Source: Octopus sinensis
Lineage: Eukaryota
Assembly: GCF_006345805.1 (NCBI RefSeq)
Contig: NC_043000.1
Span: forward strand, 33,170,001-33,234,000
Reading direction: 5' to 3'
Length of the DNA: 64,000 nt
Part shown: positions 25,030 through 36,886 of the stretch, one piece after another
Layout of the letters: each line of letters begins with the position of its first letter
Position numbering within the stretch: the stretch's first letter is position 1
Notes under the pieces: model-generated
Databases searched by the model: none
Seen by the model: the letters and a program-made list of their open reading frames with translations, nothing else
Told to the model about the DNA's origin: nothing
Program-made: the position numbers and the translations under genes

Positions 25030-25190
25030 TGACTGTATTAAGAAGCTTGCTTTTCAACCGCATGGTTCCGGGTTCAGTCCCACAGCGTCGCATCTTCGGA
25101 CAAGTGTATTCTACTATAATCCCCGGATCGACCAAACCCGCGTGAGTGGATTTGGTAGACGGACACTGAAAAATGCCCGTCGTGTATGTA
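25030..25190 (+). mobile_element. SINE family A, 5' half
   Basis: aagaagcttgc...ggttccgggttcagtccc...gtggatttggtagacggacactgaaa. Confidence 0.8.
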
Positions 25191-25196
25191 TGTATG

Positions 25197-25224
<28 letters not shown>

Positions 25225-25231
<7 letters not shown>

Positions 25232-25380
25232 GAAATTTATAGAAAAACAAAAGACGAAGACAGGTGTATAAACAACAAGCGGGTGTATCAGTTTGATGGC
25301 CGGGACAGTGAGGAAGTCTTTTACGTTTCGAGCTTACGCTCTTCAACAGAAAGGAACACGGAGAAATAAACACAGAGAGA
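25225..25380 (-). mobile_element. Hammerhead-bearing PLE-like module (motif 25316-25357)
   Basis: Minus strand reads gttccttt-CTGTTGA-A-GAGCgtaaGCTC-GAAA-CGTA-aaagac. Confidence 0.7.
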
Positions 25381-25729
25381 ATTTTAAAAAAAACTTGTGG
25401 ATGTAGCACACACACATGTATGTATGTATGTATGTGTGTGTGGTGTGTATGTGTGTGGTGTGTATGTGTGTGGTGTGTATGTGGTGTGTATGTGTTTGCG
25501 TATGTGTACATAATCGTTATTTGCCTTGCGCACAGTGAAATCTAGAACGATTATTTGCATATTTATTTTGTAATAGTGTCTATGTTTTATAAATTGTGTA
25601 TTATTATTGTTTATTTTACCAGGTAATGCAGGTATAGAAAGCTAGTTCCTGAGATCATAGAATATCATGGTTACGTCCACTCTTCACCTCAATATATACA
25701 TGCAAAAAGTCATCTTCAAAATATTCTTT

Positions 25730-25938
25730 TCTACTCTAGGCACAAGGCCCAAAATTTTGGGGGAAGGAGCCGGTTGATTAGACCGACCCCAGTACGCAAC
25801 TGGTACTTAATTTATCGACTCAGAAAGGATGAAAGGCAAAGTCGGCCTCGGCGGAATTTGCGCTCAGAAGGTAAAGATAGACGAAATACCGCTAAGTATT
25901 TTGCCCGGCGTGCTAACCTTTCTGTCAGCTCGCCGCCT
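25730..25938 (-). mobile_element. SINE family B, full monomer
   Basis: Reverse complement of aaggcggcgagctg...gcctttcatcctt...aagtaccag...ccttgtgcctagagtagaaa. Confidence 0.85.
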
Positions 25939-26624
25939 TTTCATCTTCAAAATATTGATGTATAAATGTATCCATTGATATATACAATAATGTATGACTA
26001 TTGGTATGTGTCTATTGAGTTGAAGATGATGTTTGGTGCGCATCTATTGAGTTGAAGAATGGATGTAATCTCGGTATTCTGTGATCTGAAGAGCTATACC
26101 TGTATTATCTTGTAAAATGTATAATAGTAGTATATAATTTATGACATATACACTAATGCAGACATGTAAAATAATTTATCATACACTAAAATCAATTACT
26201 TTTCCATGAAGTTGCTGCGAAACAGTCGTAATCATATGGATGTATGAAGGCTAGCTCCGGAGATCACTGGTGAAATAAATATATTCATGTCATACCTCTT
26301 GACTCCCTTTATATTCTCTTTCTCTCTATCTCATATATATTTAAACACATGAGAAATCCACTCGTGGGATTCAACATGCTAGTAAGAACAGCTAGGTTCT
26401 ATAACCACAAAATTATGGATAAAATTCGACAGTAACGAAATGAAAAAATAAAAACATTTTACCATCTAGTTTCCTGGACCAATCGGTTTCTGATTTTAGT
26501 TTAGCAAGCAAATGAATAACATATACTCGCTAGATGAAATCGTTTTCAGCAGGATCACCTAGGGTTAAACGTATAAATACGAGGCGATCAAAATTATGTG
26601 CCTCTTGTTTATACATCCTAATTT

Positions 26625-28690
26625 TTTCAAAATCTACAGCGCAGCGTCATGAAACGACGGACGAAGGCTGCAAATCGACTCAACCAACATCTCAAAAGTA
26701 GCGAAGGGTCCCGCCTAAAAACAACACTGATGGAGATCGCAAAAAGGCTGCAACAATCCTATGTGAGGGAGAAAGCAGACAAAAAGAGCCTGGGTTATAG
26801 AAAACATTAAGTCAAACCCAAATACCTTCTTTCATTACGCGAAAAAAACAGCCACAGTACACTACAAGATAGGACCCCTCATCCAAAAGGATGGCTCCCT
26901 CACAGACAATCCAACTAAGATCAGTGAGATACTGAATAACCAGTTCAAAAGTGTCTATACCACCCCGTTGGAACACAGACAAGTGAACGAACCAGTGGAC
27001 TTCTTTGCCGCCTTACCTATGACCAGCGAGGCAGTTACAATAGAATACATTGACATTAGCGAAGAAGATATACTACTAGCCATTGATGAAGTGAACACAA
27101 ACTCAACTACTGGTCCTGATGGTTTCCCAGCAATCCTCATCAAATCGTGTTAGCATGCCATGACAAAACCCTTCCAGATTCTCTTCCATAGCTTTCTTGC
27201 AAACGACAGACGGCCAAGCAAGCTGAAGGAGGGAATAACATGCCCAATCCGTAAAGGGGGAAGCAAAGCAGATGCCAAAACTATAGGCCTATCTCTCTGA
27301 CTTCACACATCAGTAAAGTCATGGAACGGATAGTCAAAGAGAAATTAATCGCATTCCTTGAAGAAAGTAACTTGCTGAGTGATACCCAGCATGGTTTTCG
27401 ACCAGATAGGAGCTGCCTGACCCAGCTCTTACAACATTATGACTGGGTGTTGAGGCAGTTACTCAACAGATCAAATGTGGACGTCATATACCTTGATTTT
27501 GCAAAAGCTTTTGACAAGGTGGATCATGGTATGATATGCCATCAACAGCGTGATCTCGGCATAGCTGGAAAATTTAGAGAGTGGTTACATGACTTTCTGA
27601 AAGATAGCAGTCAGGCAGTCGTGGCTAGTGGGGTCACCTCTATGAAAACACAAATAGTGAGCGGTGTTCCACAAGGCACTGTCTTGGGATCACTGTTTTT
27701 TATAGTGGACCTCTCAGATATGCCCGCAAGTGCCCAGATAGCCACATTTGCAAGCTATGCATACGATACGAAAGTCTCGCAGAAAATACAGAACCCCAGC
27801 GATGTTGCACATCTGCAGCAAGAGTTGGACTCAATTTACAGATGGACTGAGGATAATAATATGCAGTTTAATCCTGAAAAATTCCAAGCCCTGCGCTACC
27901 AGCGTCCAAAACTGAATATGAAACTTACAGAGTCCACAGGTCCACAGGTCATTTGAATCTCAGAGCCTAAATCAGTGAGGAGACCTGGGTATCAACATGA
28001 GGGATGATACCTCTTACAAAGTGCACATTACCAGGATGGCAACAAAGTGCAGACGACTGGCTGAATGGATCCTGAGAACATTCAGAACCAAAGATAAGGA
28101 AACCATGATGGTCCTCAGCTACCTGGATTACTGCTCAAAGCTATGGCCACTCACCAATGTGAAATTAACAGCGGACCTTGAAGCAATCCTGAGAAGATTC
28201 ACAAAGAAGATCGTCTCTTTGCAACAGCTCAGCTACTGGGAAAGGTTGAAACAGCTAAGACTCTACTCCCTGGAGAGAAGACGGGAGAGGTATGCAGTAA
28301 TATATATCTGGAAGATCCTGGAAAGAATTGTGCCAAATTTTGGCATTGAAAGCTACACCAATGCCAGAAGGGGTCGACACTGCATAGTGCCATCGCGCTT
28401 CAGGACCAGTTACTGCAACAGCCTGTGTTTCGAGGGCCCACATTTTTTTAATATTCTCCCCCAAGAGCCTGAGGAACCTGCACAAAGTAGATGTAGGCGT
28501 TTTTAAATCAAAGCTGGACCTCTTCCTGTCGAGAGTCCCAGATGAACCTACCTCACGGCAAGAGGTGCAAATTAGGGTAGCTACATCAAACTCCATTCTT
28601 CACCAAGTACCACATATTGGAGGAGGTTTTCAGTAATAATAGTGTAGCAAGACGGCGGTGCATCAGCATGGCCGCAGCTATGAGCTGAAA
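26625..28690 (+). mobile_element. 5'-truncated, frameshifted CR1-group LINE ORF2 (reverse transcriptase) with 3' tail
   Basis: STTGPDGFPA, QHGFRPDRSCLTQLL, VIYLDFAKAFDKVDH, SGVPQGTVLG, YAYDTK (degenerate FADDTK), SYWERLKQLRLYSLERRRERY. Broken into ORFs 26968, 27321 and 27997. Confidence 0.93.
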
Positions 28691-28696
28691 GTACAG

Positions 28697-28729
<33 letters not shown>

Positions 28730-28732
<3 letters not shown>

Positions 28733-29105
28733 TCTTTTACTCTTTTACTTGTTTCAGTCATTTGAATGTGGCCATGCTGGAGCACCGCCTTTAGTCGAGC
28801 AAATCGACCCCACGACTTATTCTTTGTAAGCCCAGTACTTATTCTATCGGTCTCTTTTGCCGAACCGCTAAGTTACGGGAACGTAAACACGTCAGCATCC
28901 GTTGTCAAGCGATGTTGGGGAGACAAACACAGACACACAAACATATACACACACACACATACATATATATATGCATATATACGACGGGCTTCTTTCAGTT
29001 TCCGTCTAATAAATCTACTCACAAGGCTTTGGGGGGCCCGAGGCTATAGTAGAAGACACTCGCCCAAGATGCCACGCAGTGGGACTGAACCCGGAACCGT
29101 TTGGT
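28730..29105 (-). mobile_element. SINE family A, near full length
   Basis: Reverse complement of the family A head, body and ...ggcggtgctccagcatggccacattcaaatgactgaaacaagtaaaagagtaaaaga tail. Confidence 0.9.
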
Positions 29106-29109
29106 TATA

Positions 29110-29797
29110 TATATTTATTAACCGGCAGTTTTTGCCGTCTTCCCCATGCCAACATTTGCCTTGCAGATAAAATTTGCATGTTCTTCAGTGACTTCCAAAT
29201 TTCTTATTTCCTGTAGGCTTGTGGATGGCATTGGATCCTCCATGGTTCTCTGTTTTTTCTTTGGTGGGTTGGGGTTTCTGTTTTGGTTGTTTCATTTTTG
29301 CCTTTTCCTCTTTTTTCCTTTCCTTCTTTATGTTTGTGTTTGTGTTCTGTTCTTACTTTTCTTGTGGTGGGAACCTTTTCCCTCTGGTTGTCCAATGTGA
29401 TGAGGGATCCGTTCCTTTGTAGGACCACTGACACAGAGGGGCTTCTAGTTGCTCTTTCCTTGGATCCCCTATCCTTTTCTGCCTGGTCGTTCAGAGGAGT
29501 GGGGTGATCCATTCTTTTCAGGAACGACTGGATCAAAGAGACTTCCGGGTTTTGTTACCTTTTCATCTTCTCCATCCTTATCAGACTTGTCACAATAGTT
29601 TTCGATTATGTCAATGTTGGTCTGATAAGCATATAGGATCGGATGAATTCATTCTTCTTCCGCTCTATCCGATCAATGGTTCTGTGAAAGCCATTGTTTT
29701 TCAGTACAGCAGTGATAATGTTGTTTGGCGGATCGCCACTAGCAATTACCCATGCTCGCAACAGAAGATTCAATTCATTCTTCTCCCACTTTGGTGC
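29110..29797 (-). pseudogene. Probable LINE ORF1 relic: N-terminal Myb/SANT-like (trihelix) domain + basic linker + truncated CCCH zinc finger
   Basis: MAPKWEKNELNLLLRAWVIASGDPPNNIITAVLKNNGFHRTIDRIERKKNEFIRSY, and in another frame RTCKFYLQGKCWHGEDGKNCR (29122-29184). Contains stops and frameshifts. Confidence 0.6.
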
Positions 29798-29809
29798 CAT
29801 CTTCGTTTT

Positions 29810-30345
29810 TAAGCCCAGAGGCAGAGTAGAGGATAGAGAGGAAGAGATTGAGGGAGGTAGAAAAGAAGAAACACAGAGGGGGTAATAGGGAAAGAGAGAG
29901 GGAGATATATAAAAAAAGGGAGAAGTGCTATGAAAGAAAGAGAGAGGGTGATATGAGGAAAGAGAGGGGGGTGGGGTGTTAGAGAGACAGGGAGGTAGAG
30001 GAAGGGGAGAGAAAGAGAGACAGAGTGAGGAAGAGGAGGGGAAGACAAAGAGAGACAGAAGGAGGGAGAGGATGGGAAGAGAAAGAGAGACAGATTGAGG
30101 GACAGACAGAAAAGGATGAAGGATGTGAGAGAAAGAGAGAAACGGAGTGAGAAGAGGGAGAAAATGAGAAGTATATGTGGGAGAGGGTGAGGTGACAGGA
30201 GGAAAGGTAGCTGTGGGATACAAAGGAAAGGATAGAGAAGTGAGAAAAGAGAAAAATATGAAAGAGAAGGAGAGATATGAGGAAAAGAGTAAGATATGGA
30301 AGAGAGAGGGAAAGAGTAGGTGTAAAGAGAGATAAAGGGTCACTG
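29810..30345. repeat. Non-periodic polypurine (GA-rich) tract
   Basis: About 530 nt of almost pure A/G on the plus strand, immediately upstream of the minus-strand ATG at 29797. Confidence 0.9.
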
Positions 30346-30589
30346 ACTTTGATGTACTGTATTCAACTTTTACTGTAATAAATATATTAGGTTTTTAATC
30401 AGTATATTATAGTAGACCGTTATGAAGTAACAAGTCCTACGTTTTTGTCAGTTTTAGCAGATTTTTTCGTCGATTTATGCAATCCCTTTTTGGCTGTTTC
30501 AGGAGAACGAAAAAACACATCTTTCTTCAACAAAACCGGAAGTGTATGTATGTATGTCAATTCACTTTCGAGTTCTACTGGTAATATGT

Positions 30590-31100
30590 AACCCAGTACA
30601 ACCTGTTGCATGGTCGGGTCGTCGGCGACTAAACCGGCAACCCTACCAAGCTTGCTTGGTGATGAGGGTGTTTATTGGACACCCTGCGTGATGAAAAACA
30701 AAACCTTTCAAAGGACGGAGGAACTCTCGAGAGTCAACGGCCATCCAATAGATGTCTTAAGGCTGTATCATGCGCGGGGACATAGAAATAATCGGACTGA
30801 ATACCCGATCGCACGGTTAAACCATTAAGAGTGAAGGACTCCTAGCCTTTGTTAGGGCATCCTTCTAGGAGAAGGTAACTCAGGTAACTGGGCTAACTCC
30901 GACATAAAACCTGCGACTCTGTGGTTACCGATGGTGTTGACTTGTTCTTCTTTTCGGATTATGGCTGCTGTTGCTTAGTGAGTGGGATTGACTCAGTGCA
31001 CAGCCTTTCCTCACTTTAAAAAAAAATCTTCTTGCACAGGCAATGCACGATAACAACATTGATTAAGCTTCGTGCAATGGCCATACTCGATAACGAGGGG
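30590..31100 (+). mobile_element. Probable non-LTR retrotransposon 5' UTR fragment (RTE/R4-like)
   Basis: GC-richer than its flanks, with a ...ctaggagaaggtaactc motif resembling RTE-type 5' UTRs and several hairpins. No ORF follows. Confidence 0.4.
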
Positions 31101-31661
31101 GCAGCCACCATGTATGTATGTATATTTGAAAGTGTATCACAATTACTTGATACAATTTTTGAAGTGTACAGATGATTTTTTAAAGTAATTATTAAAAAAA
31201 AAAGTGTTATGAAATCTTTTATGGGGATCTTACTAACCTGTTTTGGGAAGAAGCTTTTTCTAGTGTATGAGCGCTTTCGTTTAACCTTTTTATATATATT
31301 TGTGTGTGTGTGTGTGTGTGTATGTGTGTGTGTGTGCATGTTTATGTATATATAATTCTTAAATAAAAATATTATTGATAGTAACTGCGAAGTATTAAAG
31401 TTATTCTTGGCTTTATATATAGTCTGTCGAGTGGAAATCTTCCTTGTATATGTAAGTTTGAATGGAATGGTAGGTAATAAGGTTTTAGGGTGGATTGTCA
31501 TGGAGAGATGCTCCGGGAAAATTTTTTATTGATTTAATTTTGGTAATGTCATAGTTTCGAATTTATTTGTGTATATGTAACTTTATGAGCAAGTGTGTAT
31601 ATTTAGGTGATACCCGTTTATTTAGGCACGTAATGTATGTATGTATATATGTATACATACA

Positions 31662-31782
31662 TTAAAAGGAATACTGGTGAAATGTCCCAGTGAAGACCTC
31701 AATAAAATGTAAGCACAACAGAACTTATATGATTTGGGATAGAGAAGAGAAATTGTGCACAGTTGTGGAAATTAGCTGCTCA
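31662..31782 (+). mobile_element. R4-clade RLE fragment (same family as 3372-4215)
   Basis: EYW*NVPVKTSIKCKHNRTYMIWDREEKLCTVVEISC compared with EYWRNVPVNTSIKCKHNRPDIMIWDREEKLSTVVE. Confidence 0.85.
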
Positions 31783-31800
31783 GTGTGTGTATGCTTGCAT

Positions 31801-31837
<37 letters not shown>

Positions 31838-32061
31838 GGTATACATTCATACTCCCGCATATACATTCATGCATATATGCACATATATACACACGTATAT
31901 ATTTACATATACATCGTTCTATCAAACACCTACAACCGCAGATATACAAGCATATGCATATCCGTATAAATGAAGGAGTCGTGTGCATGAAAGTCGCACT
32001 TATGCAGTGGACAGAGTCCTACACTCATATACATACACACATACACATATATACACACGCA

Positions 32062-32252
32062 CGATCGTTAACCACTACACACATTTTTTTCTCTCCTTGT
32101 TTCTCTCCTGTTTTTTTCGGTGTCCCTTTCAGTAGAAGAGCGTAGGCTCGAAACGTAAAAAACTTTTTCTATTCCTGAGCGTTATATTAATACATCTGTT
32201 TGTTTTGTACACCAACTGTCTTCGTCTTTTGTTTTTTTCGTAAACTCTCCCT
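32062..32252 (+). mobile_element. Hammerhead-bearing PLE-like module (core mutated to CAGTAGA)
   Basis: Near-identical to 21783-21975. Confidence 0.75.
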
Positions 32253-32389
32253 ATATATATATATATATACTCACACACGTACATATTCACGCAATTAAAA
32301 TAAATGAGAATATATATATAAAAACAATAAAAAAATGTTAAGACATATGGAATGCTTGTGCAGGAACATAGTAAAAATGCGAATTCTAT

Positions 32390-32720
32390 CCGTGATCTTA
32401 GGATGCCCAAAACTGTAACAGGTATTTTGTCAAATATGGACATGAACAAAAAAATTCAGTTCTTGAATTTAGGCATGTAGTCGGGTTCAAGGAATTTTTC
32501 CAGATGAGCTATTTTTCCATATCACAAAGACCGCACTTGCCACCACCGTTGGTATATGGTTTACACTTAGCCAGGATCTTCCAGTATATCCTATCGCTGA
32601 CTCGCTGTTTTTTAAGAACCATATATGACAGGATAATTTGGTGGTTTTTCGTTTATCCCAATGTGTCATCCAAGGAGGAAATATATCTTCCATAAAATCC
32701 GGGAAAGCGACCTGATGGGC
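32390..32720 (-). mobile_element. Penelope-like element GIY-YIG C-terminal relic
   Basis: Across frameshifts: TKLSCHIWFLK, WKILAKCKPYTNGGGKCGLCDMEK, LNSRTEFFCSC. This matches the PLE tail pattern LSxxIWxLK...WxIL...CxLCxxEK...LNxRxE...C. Confidence 0.8.
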
Positions 32721-33006
32721 CTATGACCCAAGAAAGATTTCCGATTCTTTTTTATTTTGGGAAATAAATATTTTAATTTGTGTATGTTTATTATCACAAT
32801 ATTAAGTCGAAAAACTGAGACATTGAGTGTGGAACACATATATATGTTTACTAATTTATATTATTTATTTATATCATTATGTAAATGTATATTTTTATAT
32901 GTATAGGAGTGTGAGTATATGCACTCATATGTATATATATATGTTGTATTGTGGGTACGCACCCACACCCATGTGGGTATATATGTAGACTGAGTTATAT
33001 TACATA

Positions 33007-33133
33007 ATCTCCGAAGAGGCCTTGTGATATTTTTGTTAATGTCTCATTTATATCTATATATTGACCAACCATAAAGGGCTAATATTGGTAAAATGAGACA
33101 TAATTATCGACATGGCCGAAACAGCTGTAAGAT
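33007..33133 (+). ncRNA. Candidate type-I hammerhead ribozyme with extended stem II
   Basis: ATCT-CCGAAGA-GGCC...(long hairpin)...GGCC-GAAA-CAGCTG-TA-AGAT. Stems I and II and the palindromic stem III are intact; there is one core substitution (U4C). Confidence 0.65.
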
Positions 33134-33364
33134 CTAATTTATACTTATATTTATATTTACTTGTATTTATATTCTCTTTTATATATATTCTACTTATTAT
33201 ACAACATTACTCTTTTATGAACACTGATTTGTTCTGCTTTTTATATTTAACCCTACAGTCTCTTATGTGGTGGTTTAATAAAGTATGTGATTGAGTATTA
33301 TCTGGTAATTGATATTTGATTTAGATGTATTTCTCCATTTTCTTATCTTGTATAATATATATAA

Positions 33365-33585
33365 TACATTTATGTAGGTATTATATATATAAATTTATAC
33401 GTTTATGTAGGTATTATATATATATATACATCTATGTAGGTATTATATATATATACATTTATGTAGGTATTATATATATATATACATTTATGTAGGTATT
33501 ATATATATATATATTATACGTTTATGTAGGTATTATATATATATATATTATACGTTTATGTAGGTATTATATATATAATATATAT
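33365..33585. repeat. ~30-bp minisatellite (tacRtttatgtaggtattatatatata), about 7 copies
   Basis: Visible directly. Confidence 0.92.
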
Positions 33586-34058
33586 ATATATATATAAGCG
33601 ATCAGTTGAAGGTTAAAAACCTCATTAAGAGAAAATAAAATGCAATGAATATACTGGTTTATTATCTATTACAAAAAGTATTGAATATTACAATTAATAT
33701 TCGACTGTAAGGTAATCAGATAAACTGAGGTTTATATATATTTAAGAAAATAGAGATAATTAAATTAGTAAATAGTTATTAATTATTTCTATTTTCTTTA
33801 ATATATATATATTGACAGACAGACAGACAGACAGATAAAGAGAAGAAATGGAGCAACATGTAACAATTAGAAGTTGATCATCTCTTATCTGAATATATTA
33901 AACCACGGTTTACCATTTTAATTAACAGCTACTGTTAACCTTACAACAAGGCCTATACATAGTTAGGTAATACACCCGTCGTGCCTTCGGATACATTTAT
34001 CCCTTAAACGGTTACACAACCTCTAACTCATAATTTTATACATATACACATACATATT

Positions 34059-34920
34059 CAGGATGCGATGGGTAAATTGTTGCCATTTTATATTTTTAAT
34101 TTCGCGCTTCCGCATTGTTTGTTTTTGATTTTGTCAACTATACAGTATAGTAAGGTCAGTTGGGCACCGTCTGTGAAAAAAACAGCACCATAACGTAATT
34201 CACTCTGCCAGAAATTTGGAAACGACATGCTGTACTGCTTGGCATTCGCGCTGGAAGCTCGAATACGAACATTTCAGAGTGTTTGGGTATTAGTCTGAAG
34301 ACATTTACCGAGAATGATAAAAATCTAACATCCATTCAACGTCATGGTGTTTGAAGTAATCAGTAGTGATGGCCACGTTATGCTTCCATTCATCTTCCCA
34401 TAAGGCCTCAGACTCAACACGGAGGCCTACAGTAAGTACCCGGAGGAGTTAGTGCTGCCCTGGGTCAAGAGGGTGGCTGCTGGAAGACCCTATATCTGGC
34501 AGCAGAACTCTGCACCATGCCACAAAAGCTGGAGAACCCAGTCATGGCTGTCAGACAATTTCTGTAACCACATTGATCCTAAAATTTGACCACCCCACCC
34601 CCACCCCTCCAGACTGCAAACCCCTTGATTATTATGCGGGGTGCAGTTGAGCGAGAGACCAACAAAACTCCTTGTAACACCAAAGATGAGCTGAAGGCAA
34701 GGATTATGGCAGCATTCACCAACTTAAACAAGGAGACCGTCCCGAAGAGTTGCAGGAGATTCCAAAGTCGTCTGGAGGCCGCTGCTGAAAGCTAATGGCG
34801 ATTTTACTGAATAAATTTACTCAAGATATCTTTATGTAATTTTAGTAAATATCTGTTAAAATGAGATGTGTTATTTTCATTTTTGCATAATTTAAAGGAC
34901 AATTTATTCACCGCAGCCTG
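34059..34920 (+). mobile_element. Internally deleted maT/DD37D-type element
   Basis: TIRs caggatgcgatgggtaaattgt / acaatttattcaccgcagcctg followed by TA. Contains WQQNSAPCH and GAVERETNKTPCNTKDELKARIMAAF. Same deletion junction as 11278-12103. Confidence 0.87.
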
Positions 34921-35488
34921 TATATATCTATGTAAATCTTTGTTGATTCACCGGAGGCGATAAAATACAGGATTTAATACAAGTGCAGAGTATTCTTTAA
35001 TACAATATAAATGAAAGGCTCCGATTTCCAGGACTCGGAGTTACTCGTTTCATATCATCCGCTGTTGAACCGAACCTAGTTTTCTTTTCAAAATTCACAG
35101 TTTGAATATTTTTTGAACCATGAAATGTAAGTTCCAAGGACATGTTTGTCCTTGTGTTCTTTCGTTTGGAAACATTTTTGTGAAGGGCACGAGCGAAAAC
35201 GACTGCGCCAGGCACACGCTTTTGATTTCCTTTCTGGTTCTCGTGGTAATATTATTATAAAAACGTCGTAAATTCCATTACAGTCAGAGTCAAGAAATTG
35301 CGTTGCCGCTGAAATATTTCAATAGAATACTTTTAAGTAATACGATGAGGTTTTTATGTACAGCAACAGTAAATCCTATTTCCTGAAATACTTTAATCAC
35401 ATCTTTTCTAAATGTGTCAAACTTATGACCGGTACAATTTGTGCGTGTATGTATGTATGTATGTATGTATGTGTGTGTGTGTGTGTGT

Positions 35489-35533
<45 letters not shown>

Positions 35534-35681
35534 TTACTTACAACTTTGCACAGTGATTCATTTACAAAACAGCTGTTTCTAGAAAAATCAGCTTGCAAGT
35601 TGTTTAGTAAATCTTGAAATATAAAACAACAAACTTTATTTTCAAATGTTTTGCGTGCACTTTTCAGACAAAAAAGGATAC

Positions 35682-35714
<33 letters not shown>

Positions 35715-36452
35715 ACGCGCTCATACACTTATGATTAATACCAAAACTGCGCTCATCAGCATAAATAAATAAATGTGGGTTCACAAGGAGATAGAGTAGA
35801 AGATGGTCAACAGTTCTGCTACGGTGGCTTCAAGAAAGACACGCAAAGAAAACACCTGAATAATTGATAAATTTGTGACGAAGTTAGCTTGGCAAGGAGC
35901 AGGTGTGTTGTTACGGTAGAGTCTATCTTTCAATAAAGCTTTGACACTAGAACATCTCTGAAGCCTTGATGGCTCAGCTATTGATTTTTCCCCTAATTCC
36001 TTTTTAATGGTTTGGTCTGAAGGATGGGGTGGTATTCATGCTTTCCTCGGCAGTTTCTACTGTGTGAGAGACATTTGAGAACGATTCAGCCGGTGTTGTG
36101 GAACAGTTGAAAGTCGACAATCCAGGAACAAGTATGGACAGAGATCAAGCCTTGAGTGGGGTGGCAATTTTATGACGTAGAAAGATTGGAGGAAAGTGGA
36201 TAATTTTGCCATTACGGGTGGATACCAGAAAAACATGGCATACCCAGGATTATTTAAATTTCACTTTTACTCTCAGTTTAGGGTTTACACAAAATGATGG
36301 AATCTTTAATCTTTGACGTTTCAGACTGTGGCCGAAGTATTTACAGTTGAATGAATCGACTCCAGGACTTATTTTATTAAAGCCTCGCACTTATTTTATC
36401 GGTTTCTTTTGCTGAACCGCTATATTACGTGGGCATAAACACACCAAGGCCG

Positions 36453-36469
<17 letters not shown>

Positions 36470-36514
<45 letters not shown>

Positions 36515-36850
36515 TGTATGAGGAGGGGTTCCATCTGCCAAAGCCACTCACGAGGCTTCGGTAGGCCCTAGACTACAGTAGTTAAAAAAGCACCGGCCCA
36601 GTAGGACAGAACCCAGAACCATTTGGTTGGGAATCAACCCCTTTATTTAAGTTAGTTTTCCCACAGCCCCCTTTCAATAAGCTTATCCTTATGCATATAT
36701 GTTATATTTATATATGTATGTACGAGGGTGAAGAATTATATGCCTACTGTTTGTCTCCAGTTCATTTTTATATTCAGTATACGTTACGTTGTTTGTTTAT
36801 AAATATTTTTTGTTTATAAATTTCATATATATATATATATGTGTGTGTGT

Positions 36851-36886
<36 letters not shown>

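Noticed and set aside
25600-25640. Possible 9-nt microexon (ttttaccag|GTAATGCAG|gtatag)
   Set aside because: Such motifs are frequent in AT-rich DNA, and there is no host gene context or supporting evidence.
35080-35135. Possible 26-nt exon (FEYFLNHE) between cacag and gtaagt
   Set aside because: Short, unrecognisable and without partner exons; cannot be supported without RNA data.
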